64,000 bases of DNA from the NCBI GenBank assembly GCA_030765145.1, contig JAVCDA010000082.1:27152-91151 (forward strand), in the 5' to 3' direction. The notes under the pieces were generated by a model. It saw only the letters and a list, made by a program, of their open reading frames with translations. It ran no database searches and was not told the DNA's origin. The translations under genes and the position numbers were made by a program. This stretch comes from Candidatus Saelkia tenebricola. Lineage in GTDB: Bacteria > Omnitrophota > Gorgyraeia > Kaelpiales > Kaelpiaceae. Positions 47,338 to 56,526 of this stretch are shown here, piece by piece; position 1 is the stretch's first letter, and each line of letters opens with the position of its first letter.

Positions 47338-48873
47338 TTATTGAGTAATCAAAGATTTAAAATTTAACCACCTTTTAATTATCTTCAAATTTATTTCGCC
47401 TTTTAATAAACCTGAAGACACAATGAAAATCATCTTTAATAAATTAACAAACTGTGCAAAACATTTAATAATGTATGGATTTTTTTTCAAATATTGACTT
47501 TTAGAAACAGCTTTTAAAAATTCAATAGGAATAAATCTTTTAGAAGCTAAAACCAATAGACTAGTCCAGAATATATCTTCCTTAGACCTTTTAAAGTTTA
47601 AATCTACTCTATATTGATAAAATATCTTCTTAATAACTTCAAGCTGCTCGCTATACTTAATGTAGCCATCCGATATTAATTTTTTTGCCAAAGGGGTATT
47701 AGGATAAATGGTTAAAGAAAATAAATACAGCTCATATGGCCGGGGCAAGGAACAAATTAGTTTAAATAATTCATTTTTATCATTAGAAGTAGATACCGGG
47801 TCATCTAAAATCACCTGGTAACAACTTTTTAACCCGAGGGACCTGAGAACATTGGCAGCAGCAATCACTTGATCATTATTCTGATGCCGGCTATAAAGAA
47901 CTTTGTTTATTCTTTCTGTATTCTGAACTCCGACTAATACTGTATCTAAACCTGCTTTTTTTAATAACAATAAACTCTCTTTGTTAATTACTGATGGATG
48001 GGTTAAAATATCAAACGGTAACGCAATATGTTTTTTATATTCTTTACTGAAATTTCGAAGCCAATTTTTATCTGCAATAAATAGTTCGTCATCAAACCTT
48101 ATCCTCTTTAATTTGGGGAAAAATTTCTTTGCCTCCAATAGCTCCTGAATTATATTATCTACACTTCGACAGCGATAAAGATAGCTCCCGTAATTTTTAT
48201 ATATATCTTTCAATAAAGAAATCATGCAAAAAGAACACTGATACAGACATCCTCTGGAGGCATTAATCAGATAGATTCTGTCATTTAAACAAGGGTCCCC
48301 TTTTGCTACAGACTTTTTATCTATAAAATATTTATCTTGACTCATGAAATCTCTAAACGGGATGGAATTTAAATCGGCAACCACCGGTCGAAGCGGATTT
48401 CTAGAAATAATTTTATCTTTGTTCCGCCATATATTTAAAATGTTATCCAGTCTTTCATTTTGAAAAAATTTATTTACAAATTCAATGAATGCCTCTTCTG
48501 CCTCTCCTATGCATATAAAATCAACTACCTTGATACATTCTTCAGGCATAGAAGTTGGATGCATTCCACCCCAAATAACAGGTAAGTTTAATTCTTCCTT
48601 TATCTGGTTTGTAATATTGCTCGCTATATTCATAAACCCGGACGTTCTTACACTCACCCCTAAAAGATCCGCATCATATTGTTTTAAAATTTTTATGACA
48701 CTATTAATCTCATATTCATTAGGTAGTTCAAGACAATTATTTTTCCAATCTTTAAGATAAATTTCTATCACCCGATAACCATTTTCCCTTAAAATAGAAG
48801 ACAAAACTCTTAAACCATTATTTTCAACAGTATAAAGTGACATTAAACCAACTGTTTGATTCTTCTTATTCAT
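47338..48873 (-). CDS. B12-binding-domain radical SAM protein (class B)
   Basis: N-terminal B12-binding-like domain; SRGCLYQCSFC; 511 aa. Confidence 0.85.
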   Translation of the reverse strand: MNKKNQTVGLMSLYTVENNGLRVLSSILRENGYRVIEIYLKDWKNNCLELPNEYEINSVIKILKQYDADLLGVSVRTSGFMNIASNITNQIKEELNLPVIWGGMHPTSMPEECIKVVDFICIGEAEEAFIEFVNKFFQNERLDNILNIWRNKDKIISRNPLRPVVADLNSIPFRDFMSQDKYFIDKKSVAKGDPCLNDRIYLINASRGCLYQCSFCMISLLKDIYKNYGSYLYRCRSVDNIIQELLEAKKFFPKLKRIRFDDELFIADKNWLRNFSKEYKKHIALPFDILTHPSVINKESLLLLKKAGLDTVLVGVQNTERINKVLYSRHQNNDQVIAAANVLRSLGLKSCYQVILDDPVSTSNDKNELFKLICSLPRPYELYLFSLTIYPNTPLAKKLISDGYIKYSEQLEVIKKIFYQYRVDLNFKRSKEDIFWTSLLVLASKRFIPIEFLKAVSKSQYLKKNPYIIKCFAQFVNLLKMIFIVSSGLLKGEINLKIIKRWLNFKSLITQ

Positions 48874-48896
48874 TGCAATACAAAAATCATTACCTG

Positions 48897-49919
48897 TTAT
48901 AAAAATTTATAAATTTTACTTCCCAGCTTGATGCTTTTCTGCATACACCCGGAACAATTTTGAATTTGCCTACAATGTTTTTCCATTCCTTTGCTGAACC
49001 AAATATCTTTAAAGGTTTCTTCAAGCAGATTTGAAATCTTTTGCTGCCTCAAACCACAGGTTACAAGATCTCCATTGGGTAAAATATACATCAAGTCTCT
49101 CAGTTCTCCGCAGTCAAATTGAATTCTATCAGCTGATTCATGTTTCAAAAATGTTTTATTCAAAAAATTGCTCACAAATGATTCTACGGGTTTTCTTCTG
49201 GGTTTCTGGAGATACATGAATCTTTTATACTTTTTTAAAACATTATCCTCAATGGCCATGACGTTTCTGCGGGAACTAAAATCTGCATTTTCCAAAAAAG
49301 GTTTAATAGGATACCCCATGATTAAACCTATATTGTGCTTTATACAAATCCCAAATATTTCCTCTAAGAATGGCATTGTCTCATCTCGTAAGCCATAATT
49401 TATACCCAGATGAAAAGAACGTTTTTTTTTCAAATCTATCAAAGCCAAAATTGTCTCTTGAACTTTTTCATAACACCCATCAACACCTCTAATTTTATCG
49501 TGAATATCGTTCATTCCATCAAGAGAAATCCTTAAGCTTAATCCAGGAAAATGAACCTGTTTTACAGTTTCGATTATTCTTTCTGTATATGTACCATTGG
49601 TTGTTATCTGAATAATGTAAGGATTAATCTTGCTTCTAATTTCAGTAATTATACCCACAATATCATCTCTGATAAACGGTTCTCCTCCTGTGATTTTAAT
49701 TACATCTAAAAAATTAAGTTGATCTATAATTCTAAGAAGAGAAGCTGTATCTAATTCAGACGTTTCATCTTTTTGCCAGTTATTGCATTCTCTACATCGC
49801 AAATTACACCGCCAAGTAATAAAAAAGTGAGCAAAACGTGGATAAGTTCGAATTCTCAATAAATTAGAAAAATTATTTTTTAAAATATTAGAATATGCCT
49901 TAAACCTAGTGCTTTTCAT
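48897..49919 (-). CDS. radical SAM / SPASM-domain protein
   Basis: TWRCNLRCREC; C-terminal CGELRDLMYILPNGDLVTCG...CSGCMQ Cys cluster; 340 aa. Confidence 0.8.
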   Translation of the reverse strand: MKSTRFKAYSNILKNNFSNLLRIRTYPRFAHFFITWRCNLRCRECNNWQKDETSELDTASLLRIIDQLNFLDVIKITGGEPFIRDDIVGIITEIRSKINPYIIQITTNGTYTERIIETVKQVHFPGLSLRISLDGMNDIHDKIRGVDGCYEKVQETILALIDLKKKRSFHLGINYGLRDETMPFLEEIFGICIKHNIGLIMGYPIKPFLENADFSSRRNVMAIEDNVLKKYKRFMYLQKPRRKPVESFVSNFLNKTFLKHESADRIQFDCGELRDLMYILPNGDLVTCGLRQQKISNLLEETFKDIWFSKGMEKHCRQIQNCSGCMQKSIKLGSKIYKFL

Positions 49920-50736
49920 TATATTCCAAATAAGTCTTATTACATGCCATCAATTTTTCTTTAGCAGATTCCAGAGGAATAGAACTGTTTTCAAAATAAT
50001 CGTTAATTATTTTATTCATTATCGGAATTTTCATTTTTATAAAATCAAACACTTTTTCATTATCATAAATTGGATGAATACCAAAAAACACATCCTTCCA
50101 ATGTTGCAGAAATCCTGGAATACATACTGGTTGCACTCCAAGAGTCCCTTTGCCGACTACTAATCCTGGCCATATCCCCCATTGCCTAAGCTGTTCCTTT
50201 TCATCCGGTTTTAAAATATTAAGATCGAGCAAGGGGGTAGAAAACATGATGCCAAAAGATGCATAAAATTCTCTCATCGCATTGACTGTAACAGGAATTG
50301 ACATTACAGCAAACTCATGCCCCCCTACTGAACTACAGAGAAAACATTTTGGAATAGAATGAATCAAATTATAGATAATCATATGAGTATGTACCGAAAG
50401 AATGCATCCTAAACACCAGATAAAGTTACTCCGATATCTTTTATAATCCTCCTCTAGAGAACTTACCAAAATTTGATTAAAAGTGTCTTTGATATTAATA
50501 AATTGATGATAAACTCTTTTCTCCCCTAACAACATTTCTATGTCTCGAATATGCCTGTTGCGAAACCCAGGGAAAAGATTGCCGTAACCGTGATCAGCTG
50601 TGACAAGATGGACATCTCTTTTATATTCTAATCCTAAATAACATGCAACAAATGTAGAGTCAATTCCGCCAGAAAAACAGACAGAAAAATCACTCTCTTT
50701 TTGATAGAAATTAGAACCTTGGGTTGGTATTAACAT
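49906..50736 (-). CDS. PP-loop (N-type ATP pyrophosphatase) family protein
   Basis: SVCFSGGIDSTFVACYLG = SGGxDS PP-loop; no glutaminase domain; 276 aa; first gene (most upstream) of the minus-strand island. Confidence 0.6.
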   Translation of the reverse strand: MLIPTQGSNFYQKESDFSVCFSGGIDSTFVACYLGLEYKRDVHLVTADHGYGNLFPGFRNRHIRDIEMLLGEKRVYHQFINIKDTFNQILVSSLEEDYKRYRSNFIWCLGCILSVHTHMIIYNLIHSIPKCFLCSSVGGHEFAVMSIPVTVNAMREFYASFGIMFSTPLLDLNILKPDEKEQLRQWGIWPGLVVGKGTLGVQPVCIPGFLQHWKDVFFGIHPIYDNEKVFDFIKMKIPIMNKIINDYFENSSIPLESAKEKLMACNKTYLEYNEKH

Positions 50737-50904
50737 TTTGTGTCAGATTCTTAACATCTGAGGCTTGATTTTATCAAAAATAGGCATAAAATTAAACAAT
50801 TTTAGATAGAAACCTGATTTTTAAAAATCGATTTAATAAATGACAAATAAAGAACCATGAATTTAATCTTGATTGACTACTTAATTTCAGGTATTTTAGA
50901 TACT

Positions 50905-52746
50905 ATGAAAAAATACTTGTTTCTGATGCTATTAGTTCTGATTTTCATTATTGGCACAGGCTATTTTATAGCTCAAAGATATCTATTACCTATAGTAATC
51001 TCAAAATTGGAAGAAAATATTACCAAAAATACATTATTTAAAGCTAAAATAGATCAGCCCATATTCAAATTAACAACCGTTATAATTCCACAGATAGAAG
51101 CAGGTTATGACGAAAAATTGTTTTTTATAAAGAATTTGCAATTAAACCCTAGCCTACTCTCAATTGCCCAAAGAGGAATCAGAATCAAAGGTAAAGGAAT
51201 TATCGTTGTAGAAAAAAATGAATTACATTTTGAAATTAAAAATTTTCTATATAAACAAAAAACCAATGAATTGAAACTTCAGATTTATTTTCCTTCAACC
51301 CAAGCAAAATCTTACTTCGATGCCGCTGCCTATATGGGCAACGTTAATTTAAAAAACTTGAAAGATATAACTGGTGAGGCAACATTGCTTTTGGATTTTA
51401 TGAAAATTGCACAACCCGAATTAAAATTAATTCTTACAACTGACAATATTTCCCTGAATTATCAAGGAAACCACATTAATATACCAATTTTGAAAACCAG
51501 CTACCAGAAATTCAATGCCACACAAGAATTACAAATAATGGCTGAGGACTGTTCTTTAAAACTGCCTTATAAAGATGATCATATTTTAGAACAATGCTCA
51601 TTTGTTCTTCAAAGCGATTTTAAAAAAATATCCTTTGATAAATTCAAAGCAAAAACAAATAATTTTATCTGGGAAGGAAATTTAGAAATTTCTGACTTAA
51701 AAAATAACCCCACTGGTTCATTTAACTTAAGATCAGAATTATGTAACGCGCGGGGTAAAATTAACCGAATAAAAAATATCTTCAACTTTGATGCCAATTT
51801 GTCTAAAGAAAAAACCAGCCTTTATCTAAAAGGCAACTATAATTTAGAAAATCAAATGCTTAGTGCATCAGGTACTGGTAATACAGACATTAAAACAGTG
51901 GCTTCTTATTTTAACCCTCCAGAAGAATCTTTATTAAATGCTTTGGATGCTGATTTAAAAATTGAAAATTATAACCTTAGTTACGAAAAAAACAAAAACT
52001 CGCTTTCAGGCCATCTTGATGTTGATATCAACCGATTAACAATAGATCAATACCTCTTCGCAGACAAAGGCACATTAACCGTGGAAATTCAAAATAAAAA
52101 CCTGGAACTAAAAAATCTCTCCTTAATAAGCAACTATGGCAACATTCAAAGCAAAGGGAACCTAATTCTACAAAACAAAAATTCTTTCCAGGCTGAAATA
52201 TATCTTAAAAATTACGAATTTAAAAAACTAACCCAACCTTTCCTGGGAAAAGATATAGGAAATGCCTTGGTCACTGCTAACTGTTCTATCCAAGGCAATC
52301 TTAAAGAACAGGATTCTATTTTAGGAATCTGCAAGTGGGAATTTATAAAAGGCAATGTTGGAAAGTTGAAATTTCTCTCTCAGATTGCACGTTTAATCAA
52401 CAGACCAGAATTAGAAGAGATTTCATTCAATCAAGGCCAAGGCGCAATTACTTTTAAAAACAATACTTTTAATACACCTGACTCAACATTGGTTTCTCCA
52501 CATCTAAATTTGGCTATTGTAGGCTCAATGCATACAAATGGAAACTTAAACATTACATTGACTACAGAATTCCCGCAAAAAGAACCTGCTACAAAGAGCG
52601 ATTCACTATTTGGAAAATTTGAAGAAATATTATCCGCCAGTACAGGAGAATCTTTCTACAAAATTCAAATTACAGGTAACATTGAAAAACCTAAATATAC
52701 GATTGTTCCAAACATAAATAAAATCTTTCAAAAAATACTGCAATAA
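50905..52746 (+). CDS. large membrane-anchored periplasmic protein (possibly AsmA-like)
   Basis: Signal anchor MKKYLFLMLLVLIFIIGTGYF (an upstream Met at 50857 is also possible); about 600-aa beta-rich, Asn/Lys-rich body without catalytic motifs; the AsmA-like assignment is a weak guess. Confidence 0.3.
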   Translation: MKKYLFLMLLVLIFIIGTGYFIAQRYLLPIVISKLEENITKNTLFKAKIDQPIFKLTTVIIPQIEAGYDEKLFFIKNLQLNPSLLSIAQRGIRIKGKGIIVVEKNELHFEIKNFLYKQKTNELKLQIYFPSTQAKSYFDAAAYMGNVNLKNLKDITGEATLLLDFMKIAQPELKLILTTDNISLNYQGNHINIPILKTSYQKFNATQELQIMAEDCSLKLPYKDDHILEQCSFVLQSDFKKISFDKFKAKTNNFIWEGNLEISDLKNNPTGSFNLRSELCNARGKINRIKNIFNFDANLSKEKTSLYLKGNYNLENQMLSASGTGNTDIKTVASYFNPPEESLLNALDADLKIENYNLSYEKNKNSLSGHLDVDINRLTIDQYLFADKGTLTVEIQNKNLELKNLSLISNYGNIQSKGNLILQNKNSFQAEIYLKNYEFKKLTQPFLGKDIGNALVTANCSIQGNLKEQDSILGICKWEFIKGNVGKLKFLSQIARLINRPELEEISFNQGQGAITFKNNTFNTPDSTLVSPHLNLAIVGSMHTNGNLNITLTTEFPQKEPATKSDSLFGKFEEILSASTGESFYKIQITGNIEKPKYTIVPNINKIFQKILQ

Positions 52747-52757
52747 AGTTATTCCAA

Positions 52758-53711
52758 CTACTTTTGCTTTTTGATAACAGCGATAAAAAAACCTTCCATT
52801 ACCTCATTTGGAATAATTCGAACAGAATTTTTGATATCTTTAGGAAAAATAACATCATTCCATTTCGTAAGTCCTGTTAATTTGTTTTTAATATTTAAAT
52901 TTATTTTTTCTACATGCGCACTTTGAGGAAATTTCTTCAGAAGATAACTGACTACAAATTCATTCTCTTCCGGCGAGAAAGTGCAGGTTGAGTACAGCAT
53001 CTTCCCACCCGGCTTTAAACACTTAAATGCTGTTGTAATTAAACCTTTCTGTTTTTTAGCCATTCTTTTAATTTTGAGTTGATTCCAATAAAGATATGTC
53101 TTTTTTCGTAAAGTAGTAAATCGGCCTTCGGCTGTACAGGGAGCATCCAATAAGACCTTATCAAATACCTCGAAATAATCCCGCCAAATACCTAATCCAT
53201 CTCTATTATATGCTTCAACATTAGATACACCCTGAAACCTTAAATTTGCCAACAGCTTCTGGTATCTTACTTCATCTTTTTCTATTGCTATAATTTTACC
53301 CTTATTGTCCATCAAAGATGCTAATTGTGTCGTCTTGCTTCCCGGAGCAGCAGTTAAATCTAAAATTAAATCTTTTGATTCCGGTTTTAGAATTAAAGCG
53401 GGAAGCATGCTGGAAAGATTCTGAACATATATTTTTCCATTTTGGTAAAGATCTGTCTTAGCAAAACAATTTAAATCCGGACTAATAAGTGTAAAAGCAT
53501 CAGGACACCATGTGACTTCTCTTACCTTAATGTTATTCTTTCTAAATTCGTAATAGGCCTCGCGTCTTGTAATCTTTATGCGATTAAGCCTGAAAGTTAC
53601 AAACCTTTTTACTGAAAAAGCAGCCCAAACTTGATTAGTAACTTGAGGGGGAAAAATCTTCCTTAGTTTCTCTAAAAACTTCGGCGGCAGTTTATTTAAA
53701 TCTTTTTTCAT
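52758..53711 (-). CDS. RsmB/RsmF-type (NOL1/NOP2/Sun) RNA cytosine-C5 methyltransferase
   Basis: SAM-binding motif LDLTAAPGSKTTQLA; catalytic DAPCTAEG (motif IV Pro-Cys) and the downstream TC Cys motif (LYSTCTFSPEENE). Confidence 0.8.
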   Translation of the reverse strand: MKKDLNKLPPKFLEKLRKIFPPQVTNQVWAAFSVKRFVTFRLNRIKITRREAYYEFRKNNIKVREVTWCPDAFTLISPDLNCFAKTDLYQNGKIYVQNLSSMLPALILKPESKDLILDLTAAPGSKTTQLASLMDNKGKIIAIEKDEVRYQKLLANLRFQGVSNVEAYNRDGLGIWRDYFEVFDKVLLDAPCTAEGRFTTLRKKTYLYWNQLKIKRMAKKQKGLITTAFKCLKPGGKMLYSTCTFSPEENEFVVSYLLKKFPQSAHVEKINLNIKNKLTGLTKWNDVIFPKDIKNSVRIIPNEVMEGFFIAVIKKQK

Positions 53712-54331
53712 AGGGAATAGAATTGCTTTTTAGAAATAAACTTATTGCCCTTGATAAAAAATCGCCAGGGATAATCTTTTGCACATTGAGCATAATCAAT
53801 ATTTATCCTGGGAGCTAGAGCTATTTCTTTTGAAGAGACCTTTTCACCTTCTAAAAAATACAGCCGGTTATTTTCAACACTCCTACCATAAAATTCCTTG
53901 TTTAGACCTAAAGCCTGAGCAATTTTTGAAGGACCATTAGCAAGATGTAAGAAATTAAAATTATTCATATTTCTGTTTTTTTTTAATATTTCAACTCCTT
54001 CTAAAGGCTCTGCAGCTCTAATAAAAACCGCTTGGGGAATATTTTTTTTATTTGTAACCACATTAAGACAATAATAGATGCCATAAATACTATAGATATA
54101 AAACACCCCTCCGTTTTCATACATTACTTTATTTCTGTCCGTTAAGCGTCCCCTATAGGAATGAGAAGCATCATCATCTACACCCATATATGCTTCTGTT
54201 TCGACAATTTTTAACACACACTTACCTTCTGAAGTCTCTCTAACCAAATATTTGCCAAGCATATTTCGGGCAACTTTAAGAGCTGATTTTTGAAAAAATT
54301 CCCTCTTTATCTTTTTCATATCAGGCTTCAT
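53708..54331 (-). CDS. mpg: DNA-3-methyladenine glycosylase (Mpg/AAG family)
   Basis: ALKVARNMLGKYLVRE...IVETEAYMG...DDASHSYRGRLTDRNKVMYENGGVFYIY matches the AAG/Mpg fold; 207 aa. Confidence 0.85.
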   Translation of the reverse strand: MKPDMKKIKREFFQKSALKVARNMLGKYLVRETSEGKCVLKIVETEAYMGVDDDASHSYRGRLTDRNKVMYENGGVFYIYSIYGIYYCLNVVTNKKNIPQAVFIRAAEPLEGVEILKKNRNMNNFNFLHLANGPSKIAQALGLNKEFYGRSVENNRLYFLEGEKVSSKEIALAPRINIDYAQCAKDYPWRFFIKGNKFISKKQFYSL

Positions 54332-54373
54332 TATAACGTGCAGAGTTTATTAATAAAAGTTATAATGCTAACT

Positions 54374-55471
54374 ATGAACATATTACTCCTAACCAAACAT
54401 TTAAATTTGGGAGGCATTCCCAGATATGTTATAGATCTCGGGGATATTCTCATAAAAAAAGGACATAAAGTCTGGATAGCGAGTTCTGGAGGAACACTTT
54501 TAAAAGAAATTGAAGGAACCAATATCACCCATATCTATATCCCTATAAAAACCAAATCTATTCTAAGTCCTAAAATTATTTTGAGCTGGATGATTTTAAG
54601 GAAAAAACTTAAGACTCACAAAATAGATATTATTCACAGCCATACAAGAGTAACTTCTGTAATCGCTTATTTGCTTTCTAAATCTTTAAATATTAAATAC
54701 CTCACTACAACCCATGGCTTATACAAAAAGAGCGTTTTAAGAAATATTTTCTCTTTCTTAGGATATTGTACTATAGCCATAAGCAGCCAAACTTCTGAAA
54801 GATTAATCACATGGATGGGGTTAAATCCCCGTAAAATTCAAATAATACCTAACGGAATAAATGTTCAAAAGTTCTCTGACTATGATTTAACTAAATCCGA
54901 AGCCAGGCAAAAAATAAACATTCCTCTGGAGAGCTTTGTAATCGGGAATATTTCCCGAATTGAAAAAATAAAAGGACAAGAAATCATAATCAGAGCCGTA
55001 TTCCGTTTAAAAGACAAGATACCAAATTTAAAGCTTCTCTTAGTAGGTGATGGAAAATATAGACATATACTCATTAAGTTGGTTGCTGAGTTAAAATTGA
55101 ACGATAAAGTAATAATTCTACCGGCATCAGAAAATATCAGGCCTGCTCTAAGGGCAATGGATTTATTCTGTTTTACGCCTTATGAAGAACCTTTTGGGCT
55201 TGTTCTTTTAGAAGCAATGGCTATGGAAGTACCCATTATAGCAAGTGATGTCTCAGAGATTCCTGAAATTTTAAACTTTGGCAATTGCGGAGTACTAATC
55301 CAAGCAGGAAATGAAAAAAGTCTTCAGGAAGCAACGGAACAAGTCTATAAAAACAAAATTCCGCTTAAAGATATAACAGGCAAAGCTTTGAAAAGGGTGC
55401 AGGAAAAATACTCCCGGGAAAATATGGTTGATAAAACAATTCAAGTCTATACAGATATTTTAGAAAAATGA
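54374..55471 (+). CDS. glycosyltransferase family 4 (GT-B, RfaG/WaaG-like)
   Basis: MNILLLTKHLNLGGIPRYVIDL N-terminus; C-terminal EPFGLVLLEAMA (E-x7-E motif); start taken at the in-frame ATG 54374, because the ORF-track start at 54290 overlaps mpg. Confidence 0.8.
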   Translation: MNILLLTKHLNLGGIPRYVIDLGDILIKKGHKVWIASSGGTLLKEIEGTNITHIYIPIKTKSILSPKIILSWMILRKKLKTHKIDIIHSHTRVTSVIAYLLSKSLNIKYLTTTHGLYKKSVLRNIFSFLGYCTIAISSQTSERLITWMGLNPRKIQIIPNGINVQKFSDYDLTKSEARQKINIPLESFVIGNISRIEKIKGQEIIIRAVFRLKDKIPNLKLLLVGDGKYRHILIKLVAELKLNDKVIILPASENIRPALRAMDLFCFTPYEEPFGLVLLEAMAMEVPIIASDVSEIPEILNFGNCGVLIQAGNEKSLQEATEQVYKNKIPLKDITGKALKRVQEKYSRENMVDKTIQVYTDILEK

Positions 55472-56526
55472 AGAAAATAGTTGTAGTCGGGGTAAATTGG
55501 ATAGGAGATGCTTTATTTATTATTCCAGCCTTAAAAGCAATTAAAAATTCATTTCCCGATTCTTATTTAACTGTGGCTTTACCAAAGAGGGCAAGCAGAA
55601 TCCTGAAACATAATCCTATAATAGATGAAATAATAATATTTGATGAAAAAGATTCTCAAAGATCTCTTGTAAAAAAAATAAAATTCATATCGATAATCAG
55701 GAAAAAACATTTTGATAAAGTTATTTTCTTCCACCGCTCTTTTACCAGAACTCTTATTTTCAGCCTGGGAAGAATCCCGGAAAGAGAAGGTTATTGTAGA
55801 GGAAAAACAAAATTATTGCTAACTAAATGCGCCCCTAAATTAAATAAAGACAGCGTACATAAAGCAGAATTTTTCTTAGAACTGGTAAAACAGCTAGGTT
55901 ATTCACCTCTTGAGTTAAGCTACCAATTCTATGTAACACCTGAAGATATCAGCCAAGGAAAAACGATATTAAGTTCATTCAAAATAAACCCTCAAGAAAA
56001 AATCATTTCTCTGCATCCAGGAGCAAACTGGGCACCTAAAAGATGGCCTTTACACCATTATATAAAACTAATTGAATTAATTTTAAATTGGGATAATACA
56101 AAAAGAATTTTAATATTAGGAAGTTTAAAAGATAAGCATTTAGCGTTAAAGATAAAATCTGGTTTTAAAAACTCAAAAAATATTTTTGATTTAACCGGGC
56201 TTACTTCTTTAGGCTCATTAGGCGCGATTTCCCTGTTTTCAGATATCTTTATATCCGGAGATTCAGGACCTCTCCATATTGCCTGCGCCTCTATCCCTCT
56301 ATTTCAAACTGATGAATACACAAACGCTTTCTCAATCGGATTGTACGGAGCAACATCCCAGGAATTAACCGGCCCTTTAAATGGAAATTTCGTTACGTTC
56401 GCTGGGGAAAGAAAAAAATCATGTCAATTACCCTGCCATGATTTTAATTGTACAGATTATACATGCATGAAATCAATAATTCCTGAAAAAATATTTGAAA
56501 TTATAAAAAATAAATTATCCACTTAA
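55468..56526 (+). CDS. glycosyltransferase family 9 (LPS heptosyltransferase RfaF/WaaC family)
   Basis: MKKIVVVGVNWIGDALFIIPALKAIKNSFP and GDSGPLHIACA motifs; 352 aa. Confidence 0.85.
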   Translation: MKKIVVVGVNWIGDALFIIPALKAIKNSFPDSYLTVALPKRASRILKHNPIIDEIIIFDEKDSQRSLVKKIKFISIIRKKHFDKVIFFHRSFTRTLIFSLGRIPEREGYCRGKTKLLLTKCAPKLNKDSVHKAEFFLELVKQLGYSPLELSYQFYVTPEDISQGKTILSSFKINPQEKIISLHPGANWAPKRWPLHHYIKLIELILNWDNTKRILILGSLKDKHLALKIKSGFKNSKNIFDLTGLTSLGSLGAISLFSDIFISGDSGPLHIACASIPLFQTDEYTNAFSIGLYGATSQELTGPLNGNFVTFAGERKKSCQLPCHDFNCTDYTCMKSIIPEKIFEIIKNKLST

